Origin: a virus
Length of the DNA: 64,000 nucleotides
Direction: 5' to 3' (one strand)
Virus record (IMG/VR): IMGVR_UViG_3300046028_007828
Coordinates: 1 to 64,000 of that record
The notes under the pieces are model-generated. The model saw only the letters and a program-made list of their open reading frames with translations. It was not told the DNA's origin and did no database searches. Made by a program: the position numbers and the translations under genes. Position 1 is the stretch's first letter. The number at the start of each line of letters is the position of its first letter. Shown piece after piece: positions 10,528 through 20,750 of the stretch.

Positions 10528-10857
10528 ATGCCAACAACATATAAAATTTTAGGAAGCGCAGCACCTAGTACAGCCGGTGCAACATTATATACAGTACCGA
10601 CTACTGGAAACGCTGTGATATCTACAGTGTCGGTGGCAAATATAACAACTGGTTCTAGAACTTTTAAGTTAATATTGAAACCTACCGCGGCAACAACTCT
10701 TGCTAATAATCATTATCTAGCAAATGATTCAATTGTTCCCGCAAATGACACTATTGTACTCACTCTTGGAATAACAATGTCGGGAAGCAATGTGCTGATT
10801 GGGTCGGGTAGTACATCAGACATAGCATTTAATGTTTTTGGTTCGGAAATAACATAA
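10528..10857 (+). CDS. Small virion structural protein (hypothetical)
   Basis: 109 aa; TLYTVP...STVSVAN...FGSEIT pattern common in phage tail regions. Confidence 0.55.
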   Translation: MPTTYKILGSAAPSTAGATLYTVPTTGNAVISTVSVANITTGSRTFKLILKPTAATTLANNHYLANDSIVPANDTIVLTLGITMSGSNVLIGSGSTSDIAFNVFGSEIT

Positions 10858-10864
10858 TTTTATT

Positions 10865-11233
10865 ATGTCACACTTTGCAGAAGTAATAAATGGTAGAGTG
10901 GAACGAGTAATTGTTGCCGAACAAGATTTCATAGATAGTGGTGCAGTGGGCGACCCAGCAAATTGGATACAGACCTCGTATAATAGCAGAATAAGAAATA
11001 TGTTTGCTCAACCCGGCTTTGTGTACGACAAAGAAAGAGACGTTTTTTATCCATCGCAACCATATCCATCTTGGTTATTACAACCTTCGTATCAAGAATA
11101 TCTTGATGAAAATAACAATATAGTATTAGGACCAAAAAAACTTAATTGGATAGCCCCAGTAAAATATCCGCCGGATTTTTATAAAAAAGTATATAATTGG
11201 AACGAAGATTTATTGAAATGGGAAGAATCTTAA
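10865..11233 (+). CDS. Conserved phage protein of the kind found beside Gly-rich tail genes (possible fibre assembly factor)
   Basis: MSHFAEV...VIVAEQDFI...WIQTSYN...F.P.QPYPSW...W.APV.YP...Y.WNE motif string. Confidence 0.55.
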   Translation: MSHFAEVINGRVERVIVAEQDFIDSGAVGDPANWIQTSYNSRIRNMFAQPGFVYDKERDVFYPSQPYPSWLLQPSYQEYLDENNNIVLGPKKLNWIAPVKYPPDFYKKVYNWNEDLLKWEES

Positions 11234-11236
11234 AAA

Positions 11237-12073
11237 ATGTCATCTGGTTTATATTCAAACAGATTAATTTCCAGACGCTTGGTCGTTGGGTTGATTACAC
11301 CAACTTTGGTGATGATAACAGGTTCCATGACATGGACAGCTCCAAGAGCAATATCCGGTTCAACATTTTTAGTGTTAGTGGTTGGCGGAGGCGGAAATGC
11401 GGGTAACAACAATATTTGGGCGAGTGGCGGTGGGGGAGGCGGTGCAGCACACACCGCATCGGTTCAATTTACTTCAAGCGCGCAATATCCAATAGTCATC
11501 GGCTCCGGTGGAAGTAGAACTGAAGCATTTTCTATGACTGCATCGGCGGGAGGAGCCGGTGGCGCATATGGAATAAATACCGGAAACGGGAATGCAAGTT
11601 CCGCTACTCCGGTGGGAGTATTGCAAGGCTCGGGTGGCGGCGGCGCGGGAAGTTTTCTGGCAAACGGAACTCGTCCCGGAGGAACCGGTGGAGGATATGG
11701 ATTTACAGGTGGGTCGGGCACAGACTATGGCACAGGCACTACGGGCGGCGGCGGCGGCGGGCGAGGGGCGAGCGGTGGAAGTGAAGGGGGGGCCGGTGGC
11801 GCTGGTCTCGGGTATGCGCTTGGACCATTTTCGGTCACGGTAGGCGGCGGCGGAGGAGGTGGGCAGGCATATTTATCCAACACTGCCGGTGGCGTGGGGG
11901 GAGTTGGAGGTGGGGGAAACGCAACTGGTACTGGTATATATGCGGGCAAACCGCAATCGGGAAATCCGAACACCGGCGGTGGTGGTGGTGGAAAAGGATA
12001 TACCTTCGAATCTGCTGGTAATGGTGGGTCGGGAGTAGTTTATATTTTTTATTATACATATGGAGGATATTAA
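11237..12073 (+). CDS. Glycine-rich tail-associated protein, paralogue B1
   Basis: VLVVGGGG...GGGGGG...NTGGGGGG...GNGGSGVV glycine-rich domain. Confidence 0.65.
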   Translation: MSSGLYSNRLISRRLVVGLITPTLVMITGSMTWTAPRAISGSTFLVLVVGGGGNAGNNNIWASGGGGGGAAHTASVQFTSSAQYPIVIGSGGSRTEAFSMTASAGGAGGAYGINTGNGNASSATPVGVLQGSGGGGAGSFLANGTRPGGTGGGYGFTGGSGTDYGTGTTGGGGGGRGASGGSEGGAGGAGLGYALGPFSVTVGGGGGGGQAYLSNTAGGVGGVGGGGNATGTGIYAGKPQSGNPNTGGGGGGKGYTFESAGNGGSGVVYIFYYTYGGY

Positions 12074-12075
12074 TC

Positions 12076-12894
12076 ATGTCAGTATCATTAATAACAAATA
12101 AAACAATATCAAAGCGGTTTGTATTTCCGTATATATCTAGTTACCAACGAATAGAAATAAACTCTTCTGCCACATGGACTTCTCCTTCAACGTGTAATGG
12201 ATTTTTTGTGCTGGTCGGGGGTGGTGGTGGTGGTGGCAATGGCGGAGGCGGCGCTGGTGGAGTAGTGATAAAAAATTTTTCATTTTTGAGCGGAAGCTCT
12301 TACCTAATAACTATCGGCGCTGGTTCCGGTGGCTCGGGAACTGCGACGGTGGGGTTTTTTGTAACGGCGTCCGGAGGAGGTTCTGGTGGCGCGAGAAATT
12401 CTGTTGGGTCAAGCGGTGGCTCTGGTGGCGGTGGTGGTAGTGGAGCATCCTACGCGGGCGGTTCTGGAACTCAACCCGGCAGCACTTTCGGCGGATATGG
12501 AAGTCCGGGAGGAACGGGAAGCACGGACAGTGCGGGCGGCGGAGGCGGCGCACTTGCAACTGGTTCATTCGGTTCACCGTATCCTTCCGGCGGAATTGGA
12601 ATAAACTATAAGGCTACTAACGGATACGAAGTTGGTTACCTTGGCGGAGGCGGCGGGGGCGGAACGTGGTGGGAAGTTGATTCGTCGGTATCTTATCCCG
12701 GCGGATTGGGAGGCGGAGGAAGTGGTTCATACACATATTACGTGGGAACTATCGCCAACACAGTATCTGCGCAAAACGGACAAACAAATACGGGAGGTGG
12801 TTCGGGTGGAAATAGTTTACCCGATGACGTTCCCCTCGGAGGCAGTGGAGTTGCACTTATATTTTTAGAAAAATATATAAATCCGTTTTATTAA
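12076..12894 (+). CDS. Glycine-rich tail-associated protein, paralogue B2
   Basis: VLVGGGGGGG...GGGAGG...NTGGG...GGSGVA; collinear with B1. Confidence 0.65.
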   Translation: MSVSLITNKTISKRFVFPYISSYQRIEINSSATWTSPSTCNGFFVLVGGGGGGGNGGGGAGGVVIKNFSFLSGSSYLITIGAGSGGSGTATVGFFVTASGGGSGGARNSVGSSGGSGGGGGSGASYAGGSGTQPGSTFGGYGSPGGTGSTDSAGGGGGALATGSFGSPYPSGGIGINYKATNGYEVGYLGGGGGGGTWWEVDSSVSYPGGLGGGGSGSYTYYVGTIANTVSAQNGQTNTGGGSGGNSLPDDVPLGGSGVALIFLEKYINPFY

Positions 12895-13550
12895 TAGTTA
12901 TAACCGAAAGAATCAAAATCTATTTTATAAAAATTATAGACATTTTTTTTTATTTCTGGAGTATAATATGATAAAAAATCCATTTTGTCTGTCGATTTTA
13001 AAATGTGCGGAAATTTATTTTTTCCCGTGAGTATTAGTAAATCGGAAATACATTCGTCCATATTTTCAAACTTGTAGATTTTATCAATATCCAATAAATT
13101 TCCGCGCTCGTTTGCCAAATAAGAAAATTGGGTTTCTAGGTGGCCGTCATATAGCCAATTTCTCGTGGCTGGATTCATTGACAGAGAATTAAAAACAAAT
13201 TCAGAGAATGGGACATTATGTTTGTATCCAAACACAGAAAAGTGATATGCAGACACCAGTCTATCATATGGATTTCTAACGACTGTTATTTTTCTGTATT
13301 TACTAAACTCTTCCGCACCTAAAATTTTTTTTAATTCCAATAGACTATAGTGTTGCATACTTTTTGACATGCACATTCTATATTCTATGTCACTAAACGC
13401 ATCAATACCAGTTATTTGTAAAAACGAATTATTTTTTTCGGTTGTATAAAAATGCTCCGCCGTACTGATATCTAGTATATTTTCAATCGACGTTCCGGCG
13501 CATTTTGGTATATGAACGTGGAGTATGTTGTAGATTTTATTTAATGGCAT
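12891..13550 (-). CDS. Sulfotransferase (Sulfotransfer_2-like)
   Basis: PAPS-binding motifs HIPKCAGTS and VRNPYDRLVSAY; C-terminal YKIDFDSFGY. Confidence 0.85.
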   Translation of the reverse strand: MPLNKIYNILHVHIPKCAGTSIENILDISTAEHFYTTEKNNSFLQITGIDAFSDIEYRMCMSKSMQHYSLLELKKILGAEEFSKYRKITVVRNPYDRLVSAYHFSVFGYKHNVPFSEFVFNSLSMNPATRNWLYDGHLETQFSYLANERGNLLDIDKIYKFENMDECISDLLILTGKNKFPHILKSTDKMDFLSYYTPEIKKNVYNFYKIDFDSFGYNY

Positions 13551-14536
13551 ACTATATTGTGTTTTTTGCAGTAATTTAAAATAAAAATATATTTATTTTT
13601 TCCGTCCGTGGGCGTCCCCGCAAAATGAATCAATGCAGTGTCGTCAATGTGCTGTTTTTCATACAAGTCTTTGGCACACGATACGGCGGGTTTTACGGTT
13701 GTTATAGCAACAATATCGTCGAGTAGGTCGTATTTAACCAATTCCCCATATACAAAATAATGATTCATAAAAGATTGCTCAAAAAAATATATAGATGGCC
13801 AAACGTTCGCCAGCCATCGTATATTTTCAAAATGATTTTGCATAGATAGAGTATTGTAGAAAAAAAACTGACCAGCGTTAAATATTTCTAGGTCATTAGT
13901 TTTTAACAATTTTAAATCTGTGGCGCTAAAAAATGCTAAACTGTGTGTTATTGTGCAAGACTTATACACATCAATCAGCTGGGGGGAGTTTGCATTTAAT
14001 ATGGGGGACCGCTTTGCGTGAAAAAAGTTATCCGGTTCTTCTAAGAACAATTTTGAGATTTCTCCCACGCAAATTATATCGGCGTCTAAAAATAATATTC
14101 TCTTGTACTCATTTATATTTTTAAAATCAAATATCTCCAATTTTTTCATACTCGCTTCCACTCCGTCAATCGGGGATTCCACTTCATGAAATAAAATATT
14201 ACGCTGTGAGATACACTCCAACGAACATATCATTTTCTTCGTCGGTGAATCTGTTATAATTAATACGTCAAATGGTGTGGCCGAAGAAATCGACTTTAAA
14301 GACATTTCTAGCAAAGAAATATAGTCCGCACCAAATGCACAGTAATATATTAAATTTTTTTCTCCTATAAATCCACTCGAAAGAACATTTGCTTGCTTTC
14401 GGCGTTTTTCTAGTTCATACAATATTTGGGCTTTATCGGGCGGAATTCCTTTGTATGGAGAATTTTTATTCTGTCGCATTACATTTTTGCTACCTTTAAA
14501 TGCAGATAAATTATAATTTCTTGTTGCTTGGTTCAT
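13541..14536 (-). CDS. Glycosyltransferase family 8-like
   Basis: ILFLDADII (DxD), FNAG, EQSFMN and IHFAG motifs. Confidence 0.8.
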   Translation of the reverse strand: MNQATRNYNLSAFKGSKNVMRQNKNSPYKGIPPDKAQILYELEKRRKQANVLSSGFIGEKNLIYYCAFGADYISLLEMSLKSISSATPFDVLIITDSPTKKMICSLECISQRNILFHEVESPIDGVEASMKKLEIFDFKNINEYKRILFLDADIICVGEISKLFLEEPDNFFHAKRSPILNANSPQLIDVYKSCTITHSLAFFSATDLKLLKTNDLEIFNAGQFFFYNTLSMQNHFENIRWLANVWPSIYFFEQSFMNHYFVYGELVKYDLLDDIVAITTVKPAVSCAKDLYEKQHIDDTALIHFAGTPTDGKNKYIFILNYCKKHNIVCH

Positions 14537-14596
14537 AATTTATGCGTTTTGATTTTCATATGTATATATATACAAGAACAATAAATTTACATATAT

Positions 14597-14872
14597 ATGG
14601 AATTAAAATCAACACAACCAAATCAAATCAAGTTTACCGACGAAGAAGTAAAAGAACTAGTCGCCTTGCGGAACACATATGACCAAATCACGGTCGAATT
14701 GGGAAGAATAGAGTTACAAAAGCGAGATATCAAAAAGTCCGAAACTATGATATTGGACAGATTGTCTTTTACCGAAACATCCGAAAAAACATTTCTTGAC
14801 AGGATAGTGGCCAAGTACGGAGAAGGAAATTACGACAATGAAACCGGGATTTTTACCCCGAAAAAAGTCTAA
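14597..14872 (+). CDS. Small coiled-coil hypothetical protein upstream of the sheath
   Basis: 91 aa ending KYGEGNYDNETGIFTP. Confidence 0.6.
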   Translation: MELKSTQPNQIKFTDEEVKELVALRNTYDQITVELGRIELQKRDIKKSETMILDRLSFTETSEKTFLDRIVAKYGEGNYDNETGIFTPKKV

Positions 14873-14982
14873 TAATTAAAATATAACAAGAAAGTACTTT
14901 TTCTTATATTTTTTATGTTTTGAGTTTTTCTAACATACTTATATATAGACTTTTTATCTAACTTTAATAGGAGAAAAAACAT

Positions 14983-17973
14983 ATGGCAATTGAACAAAAT
15001 GGAAATTACAGCCCTTCGGAACGTATCGTCTCACCGGGAGTATTTACCCGAGAAATAGACCAAACGTTTCTTGCACAAGGCGTCGCCGCAATTGGCGGAG
15101 TAATCGTGGCACCCTTCAATAAGGGTCCGGGATTTTCTCCTACGATAGTAACGAGCGAAGCCGATTTAGTAAGCATCTTCGGAGACCCGGATGGTACATT
15201 GTATGGACCAATCACGGCGCAGCAATATTTTCGCCAGCAAAACCAAGTGACAATCTGTCGCGTTGGTGGTCTTGGCGGATATGAACAAAAAAATGCATTG
15301 GTCATCAGCGCAGTTCCGGGACAATATGCAAGATTCACCGAATCTGGTTCTTTTACCGGCACTGTTCTTGGAGCTACCACAACATACACAAGCACTCCGG
15401 GTGAATTTATCATCTCCGGTTCTCTGTCGTTGAAATTCTCAAGTGGTATATATTCCGGCTCTACCGTTCTCGTAGGCGACGTGGAATTCATCACAACTGC
15501 TGGATTAACAGATTCAAACGGCAGTACATTTATTTCTTCGTCGGTCAACTCATTGGCGATTGTAAATACAAATCTCGCCGCACCTTCTGCGCTGATCAGT
15601 TCTTCGTTCGTACTGAATCTCGTGGATGGTTGTAACACGCAACTTGAAGTTGTTGGTAATCTAAGCGGATCATATGGTGCATTAAATACAGCAGTATTTA
15701 CTCCGTGGGACGTATCGACGGAAGACGCATGTGGTAGCGCATCGTACGCCACATCCGGCAGCGACGAAGTTGTTCTGGCGGTTTTAGCAAATACTTCTTA
15801 TGACCGCGGCCAAAATCTATACGGATTCAGTGGCTCGGTATTGACACCGAAAGATTCATCGGTCGTTGGTGCTGATTATCGGCTACAATTGAACGAGTCG
15901 CATTTCGACACGGGATTGAATGTTTATACTAGCGCATCCTACGGAACCTATGAATTCTCATTGGACCAAGGCGCAAGTTCGTATATCACTTCGGTATTTG
16001 GCACCGACGCGAAAGCTGGTTATTACCCAGTAGCATCAGGACAAAAATTAGAAGTTGCATACACATACGCAAACTTCAAGAACAAGACAAAACAAGTCAT
16101 CGACGAAATGTTGGCTTCTGGTAGCTGGCAGATTAAAGTTACCGCTGTTGATAATATGGCATTCACAGATGGCGTGACTCCAGATGTTGGAACCTCACAA
16201 TTCGATTTGACTAATGCTTATACTCCATTCATCCGTTCGCAATTGGTATCATCCTTTAGCGCCTCGTTTGGGTCTTCTCCGGCGGCATACGATTTGTTCA
16301 AAGTACAGACTTTGAGCGACGGTACAAATGCTAACACGCTATATAAGGTTGAAATCTCCAATGTTCGCTCCGCTGGTTCGATTCCCGGAACGAAATATGG
16401 TTCTTTCAGCTTGGCGTTGAGAGAATACACCGACACGGACGCTCGTCCAATAGTGCTGGAACGTTACGACAACCTAAACTTGGATGTTAATAGCTCCAAT
16501 TATGTTTCTCGTCGGATTGGTGATGTTTGGAAGTATATCGACTTCAACGGAAAGATTGTTGAATTTGGCGACTATTCGAACAAGAGCAAACGCATTCGCG
16601 TAGAAATGGCAACATCCCCATGGCCAATTGACGCAATTCCATTCGGGTTCGGTCCATACGCTTCGCCGATTGGTGGAGAATATGCTCGCTTAGGTAAACT
16701 TGCAGCAATGCAATATACCAGCGCATCTGTGTACTCCGCTCAACCGGGTCGTTATGCTTCCGGTATTGTATTCAATCCAGCACCGGCCAATGGCGATTCA
16801 GAACTTGTCGCCTTGTATCCAAATGGTTCTTCAATCGGACCTGAGTTGGATAACAAACAATATTTCTGCCCGCTTCCATTGGGAGCGACAGCAAATGCGA
16901 ACGTTGGCTTCGACCTAGAAACAAATTGCGGATTGTCTCCACTATATATTGCTTCCAACGAAAACACCAACGTCAAAAAGCGCCGCTTCATTCTTGGATT
17001 CCAAGGTGGATTCGATGGCCAAAGTCCATCAGTTCCAGTACTGGTTGGAAATGAAATCTTGCCAACCAACCAACAAGGATTGGATTGCTCGACAAACAAG
17101 ACCAACGGTTCTTACGCATACAAACAATGTTTGGCTGCTCTATCGAACTCAGATGAATGGGATTTTAATCTAATCACAACTCCGGGTATTAACTATGACG
17201 ATCACTCTTACGTCGCATCGTTGGTTGTTGATGCATGTGAAAGACGCGGTGACGCATTCTATATCATGGATATCACACACAATCAAATGGCCGGAGAAAC
17301 ATCAATCCAAACCGTGATTGACTTGGCGTCTGAGTTTGATACCAGCTATGCTGCTACATATTACCCATGGGTTAAAATTATAGAAACCAACACGAACAAA
17401 ATCATTCCAGTGCCGCCGTCCGTTGTAATGATGAGCGTGTTCGCTGCAAGCGATAAAGTCTCCGCCGAATGGTTTGCACCAGCCGGTCTGGGGCGTGGTG
17501 GAATCCCAACCGCAGTACAAGTTGTGGACCGTCTAACGCACACAGAACGCGATTCTCTCTACGAGGGCCGTGTAAATCCAATCGCGGCATTTCCGGGACA
17601 AGGTGTAGTAGCATGGGGACAAAAGACCCTACAACGCCTACCTTCCGCACTAGACCGCATCAATGTTCGCCGTTTGTTGATTGCATTGAAGAAATTCATC
17701 GCATCTTCTTCTCGGTTCTTGGTATTCGAGCAAAACGTGTCTACGACACGCCAACGTTTCTTGAATATCGTGAATCCATATTTGGAGAGCGTGCAACAAC
17801 GCAGTGGCATTTACACCTTCAAGGTGGTAATGGATGACACCAACAACACTCCGGACATGATTGATCGTGGTATCATGTATGGTCAGATTTATATCCAACC
17901 AACTCGCACCGCAGAGTTCATCGTACTTGATTTTAATGTACTCCCGAGCGGTGCTGTTTTTCCGGGCGCATAA
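14983..17973 (+). CDS. Contractile tail sheath protein (T4 gp18-like)
   Basis: VSPGVFTREIDQ at the N-terminus; YYPWV, PPS, WFAPAG..RG, VNPIA.FPGQG...WGQKTL, LDRINVRRLL and QPTRTAEFI at the C-terminus. Confidence 0.95.
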   Translation: MAIEQNGNYSPSERIVSPGVFTREIDQTFLAQGVAAIGGVIVAPFNKGPGFSPTIVTSEADLVSIFGDPDGTLYGPITAQQYFRQQNQVTICRVGGLGGYEQKNALVISAVPGQYARFTESGSFTGTVLGATTTYTSTPGEFIISGSLSLKFSSGIYSGSTVLVGDVEFITTAGLTDSNGSTFISSSVNSLAIVNTNLAAPSALISSSFVLNLVDGCNTQLEVVGNLSGSYGALNTAVFTPWDVSTEDACGSASYATSGSDEVVLAVLANTSYDRGQNLYGFSGSVLTPKDSSVVGADYRLQLNESHFDTGLNVYTSASYGTYEFSLDQGASSYITSVFGTDAKAGYYPVASGQKLEVAYTYANFKNKTKQVIDEMLASGSWQIKVTAVDNMAFTDGVTPDVGTSQFDLTNAYTPFIRSQLVSSFSASFGSSPAAYDLFKVQTLSDGTNANTLYKVEISNVRSAGSIPGTKYGSFSLALREYTDTDARPIVLERYDNLNLDVNSSNYVSRRIGDVWKYIDFNGKIVEFGDYSNKSKRIRVEMATSPWPIDAIPFGFGPYASPIGGEYARLGKLAAMQYTSASVYSAQPGRYASGIVFNPAPANGDSELVALYPNGSSIGPELDNKQYFCPLPLGATANANVGFDLETNCGLSPLYIASNENTNVKKRRFILGFQGGFDGQSPSVPVLVGNEILPTNQQGLDCSTNKTNGSYAYKQCLAALSNSDEWDFNLITTPGINYDDHSYVASLVVDACERRGDAFYIMDITHNQMAGETSIQTVIDLASEFDTSYAATYYPWVKIIETNTNKIIPVPPSVVMMSVFAASDKVSAEWFAPAGLGRGGIPTAVQVVDRLTHTERDSLYEGRVNPIAAFPGQGVVAWGQKTLQRLPSALDRINVRRLLIALKKFIASSSRFLVFEQNVSTTRQRFLNIVNPYLESVQQRSGIYTFKVVMDDTNNTPDMIDRGIMYGQIYIQPTRTAEFIVLDFNVLPSGAVFPGA

Positions 17974-17992
17974 ATCATAAAAAATTGATTAC

Positions 17993-18024
17993 AAGAAACC
18001 CACTAAAAAGTGGGTTTCTTTTTT
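17993..18024 (+). terminator. Rho-independent terminator after the sheath gene
   Basis: AAGAAACCCACT-AAA-AGTGGGTTTCTT-TTTT. Confidence 0.85.
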
Positions 18025-18075
18025 ATATAGCAGGATTTCATCATTTTGCCTACAGGGTCGTATATTTATGTTTAT

Positions 18076-18873
18076 ATGAAAACAAATTATGGAAACCCGA
18101 AGTCAATAAATAAAATTTGCGAATGGACTGGTAAATATTTCACGGTTGATTGGAAGCACAGAAATAAAAGATTCATAGACACAAAAGCCATGTATGCTTG
18201 GAGAAAATCGCAAAATCACGAAATTGTAAATTGCCTAAATTGCAATAAACCGTTTGATAGATATAAAAGAATACTACACCCAAGGTCTGGAAAATTGCAG
18301 CAATATTGTTCAAATGAATGTAATGTGAAATCCAATGAGCACAAAGAGATGTGCAGAAACATATTTTTAACAAACAATCCAATGAATTCAAAAAAGTCTC
18401 GATTGAAAATATCAAAAACCAAGCTAGAAAAATACGGAAATTATAAATACAACAACCCGGAAAAAGCTGCAAATACTTGTATGAGAAAATACGGAACAGC
18501 GTGCTATTTTGATAGCCCATCTGCTATATTATCAAACGGAAAACGCATATCTAAGTTTCAAAAACAAACTTATGATCTTGTTTTATTAGAATATCCAGAC
18601 GCGCGGTTGGAAGAATATCTAAAAGATGCAAGATGTTCGGTGGATATATACATACCATCGTTAAAAAAAGCAATAGAATGTTACGGTGATTATTGGCATT
18701 GCAATCCATCAAAATGTCAACCGGATTATTATAATAAGTCTTTGCGCATGACAGCAAAAGAAAAATGGGACAAGGATGCCATTAAAACAGATAAGTTGAT
18801 GTTGGCCGGTTATGGTGTTGAAATAGTTTGGGAAAACTCAAAGAAAAAACTTGTGCATTCAACAAAATCATGA
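18076..18873 (+). CDS. Homing-endonuclease-like protein (Cys knuckle, KYG repeats, Vsr/DUF559-type nuclease domain)
   Basis: CLNC..YCS..C; KYG repeats; VDIYI...IECYGDYWH...D..K...GY.V..VWE. ATG at 18076 preferred over TTG at 18046. Confidence 0.7.
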   Translation: MKTNYGNPKSINKICEWTGKYFTVDWKHRNKRFIDTKAMYAWRKSQNHEIVNCLNCNKPFDRYKRILHPRSGKLQQYCSNECNVKSNEHKEMCRNIFLTNNPMNSKKSRLKISKTKLEKYGNYKYNNPEKAANTCMRKYGTACYFDSPSAILSNGKRISKFQKQTYDLVLLEYPDARLEEYLKDARCSVDIYIPSLKKAIECYGDYWHCNPSKCQPDYYNKSLRMTAKEKWDKDAIKTDKLMLAGYGVEIVWENSKKKLVHSTKS

Positions 18874-18885
18874 TATTTATAAGAT

Positions 18886-19449
18886 ATGCATATATTGTTA
18901 AAGCACTTATTAAAAGAAGAAATGGAAGGAAATGAAAATCCGCTTCAAGTTCAATGCTACGTGGATATGGATGGAGTGCTTGCAGATATGGAAAAAGGAT
19001 TCAAGGAACTTTCGGGTGGATTGAGTCCAAAAGAATATGAAGCAAAAAATGGAAAGGGCTCCTTTTGGAAACTAATTGCAAGTAAACCAACATTTTGGAT
19101 AGAGTTGGAACCAATGCCAGATGCAAAAATATTGTGGGATTACATCAAGCAAAATTTCAAAAATCCACAGCCAGTTTTGTTGAGCGCGGGTCAAGGTGCA
19201 AAAATTATACAGCAAAAAACGGAATGGGCGCACAAACACATCGACCCAAATGTAAAAGTGATTATTGCTTCGGCGGGAATAAAGAAGCCCGAATATATCA
19301 TACCACATACTGGAAAACGTGTGACCCACTTGCTCGTAGATGATACTCAAAAGAATATAGATGCGTGGGACAATCCATCCATACATCGCGTAGCTATAAA
19401 ACATAAAGATGCGGCAAGTAGTATAGTCAAATTAAAGACATTTATCTAA
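18886..19449 (+). CDS. HAD-family 5'(3')-deoxyribonucleotidase-like protein
   Basis: YVDMDGVLAD, FW..LEPMPDA, K.EW and LVDD...NI..W motifs. Confidence 0.8.
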   Translation: MHILLKHLLKEEMEGNENPLQVQCYVDMDGVLADMEKGFKELSGGLSPKEYEAKNGKGSFWKLIASKPTFWIELEPMPDAKILWDYIKQNFKNPQPVLLSAGQGAKIIQQKTEWAHKHIDPNVKVIIASAGIKKPEYIIPHTGKRVTHLLVDDTQKNIDAWDNPSIHRVAIKHKDAASSIVKLKTFI

Positions 19450-19460
19450 GATTCCAACTA

Positions 19461-20198
19461 ATGAATTACCCACTATATCGAGATACCTTGTGCCCAAAAC
19501 TTTGGGTGGCCGAAAGCGGACAAATAAAATTGAACCGAGAAGTAAGAAAATCCTTGTTAAAAATTGCACAGGATTTCATCAAAGAGTTAAAACTAAACAA
19601 CGAAATAGAAATCAAAGCGACAGATGTTGTTATTATAGGTTCAATAACAAATTATAACTGGACGCAGTATTCCGACATAGATTTACATATTGTCGCAGAC
19701 TATTCTACGTTGAATATGTCAAAAGAGGACGCTCAAACATTATTTGACGCCATCAAACGTCCGTGGAATGAAACTCACAACATAACAATGAAGGGGCATG
19801 ACGTTGAACTTTATGTGCAAGATGTGGAATATACACCAACGTCTGCGTCGGAATATTCTGTGCTATCTGATAAATGGTTGATTCCACCAGTTAAAGAAAA
19901 ACCGAATTTTAATGTGGGGTTAATCAAAAAGAAGTATAAAGAATACAAAAACAAAATCAACTCGTTGATCAGTTCTAACGATGAAGCCGGTCTTAAGTCT
20001 CTACTAGATAAACTTTATAAATTCAGACAAGCTGGGTTGGATTCTTCCGGAGAACTATCCGAAGAGAACATCGTGTTTAAAATGTTAAGAGCCAAGGGGT
20101 TTTTGGATAAAATTAAAGATAGCGCAATTCGACTATACGACAAAAGCGCATCTGTAAAAGAAATCACTGGGAAAAAGTGTGCTTATAAATCTCCGTAA
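19461..20198 (+). CDS. Pol-beta superfamily nucleotidyltransferase
   Basis: GSITNYNWTQYSDIDLH (GS...DxD) plus VELYVQD. Confidence 0.75.
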   Translation: MNYPLYRDTLCPKLWVAESGQIKLNREVRKSLLKIAQDFIKELKLNNEIEIKATDVVIIGSITNYNWTQYSDIDLHIVADYSTLNMSKEDAQTLFDAIKRPWNETHNITMKGHDVELYVQDVEYTPTSASEYSVLSDKWLIPPVKEKPNFNVGLIKKKYKEYKNKINSLISSNDEAGLKSLLDKLYKFRQAGLDSSGELSEENIVFKMLRAKGFLDKIKDSAIRLYDKSASVKEITGKKCAYKSP

Positions 20199-20748
20199 TT
20201 GCACGCTTTCCGTTTTCGTTAATTTCTCGCGTTCCAATCCCAGCAAAATTTTTCGTTAGTGTGGGAGGATACAAGCATGGAATAAACTGTCTTTCGCGTT
20301 GTGCTCCATCTATATCTGTACAATAGTCAAAGCCAAACCAGCTATTGACATTTTGCTCAAATAAGTATATTGGAACGTAATTATCGACTGCCATTTGCAC
20401 TGCCCAGCCAGTTCCACCATCTACAAGTGCGGTTGAATTTTTTACAAACTTGCCAACCGCAAATACACAATCTGCACCCTTGACCTGAAACCAATTTCTT
20501 GCCATCAAGTTTTTTACATATGGTTTATTTTCGATATATTTCCAAGGTCGTTTCAATGTTTCAGCCGCAATTTTACATTTTTCGTATCCCTCATTCAACT
20601 GTTCCTGCGTCAATTTACATTGATTTTTACCGTACTGTACATGATTGCCAAAAGAATATGCAATAGTTTTTACGCCATATGGTATTCCTTGGTTTTCCCA
20701 TTCCATGTCAGAACCTGCACATCCACCGCTATGATTTGTATAGCTCAT
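20164..20748 (-). CDS. Conserved phage protein, possible SLOG/DprA-like nucleotide-binding fold
   Basis: HSGGCAGSD, RNWFQV, GGTGWAVQMA and FAGIGTR motifs; ATG at 20748. Confidence 0.45.
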   Translation of the reverse strand: MSYTNHSGGCAGSDMEWENQGIPYGVKTIAYSFGNHVQYGKNQCKLTQEQLNEGYEKCKIAAETLKRPWKYIENKPYVKNLMARNWFQVKGADCVFAVGKFVKNSTALVDGGTGWAVQMAVDNYVPIYLFEQNVNSWFGFDYCTDIDGAQRERQFIPCLYPPTLTKNFAGIGTREINENGKRAITEIYKHTFSQ

Positions 20749-20750
20749 AT

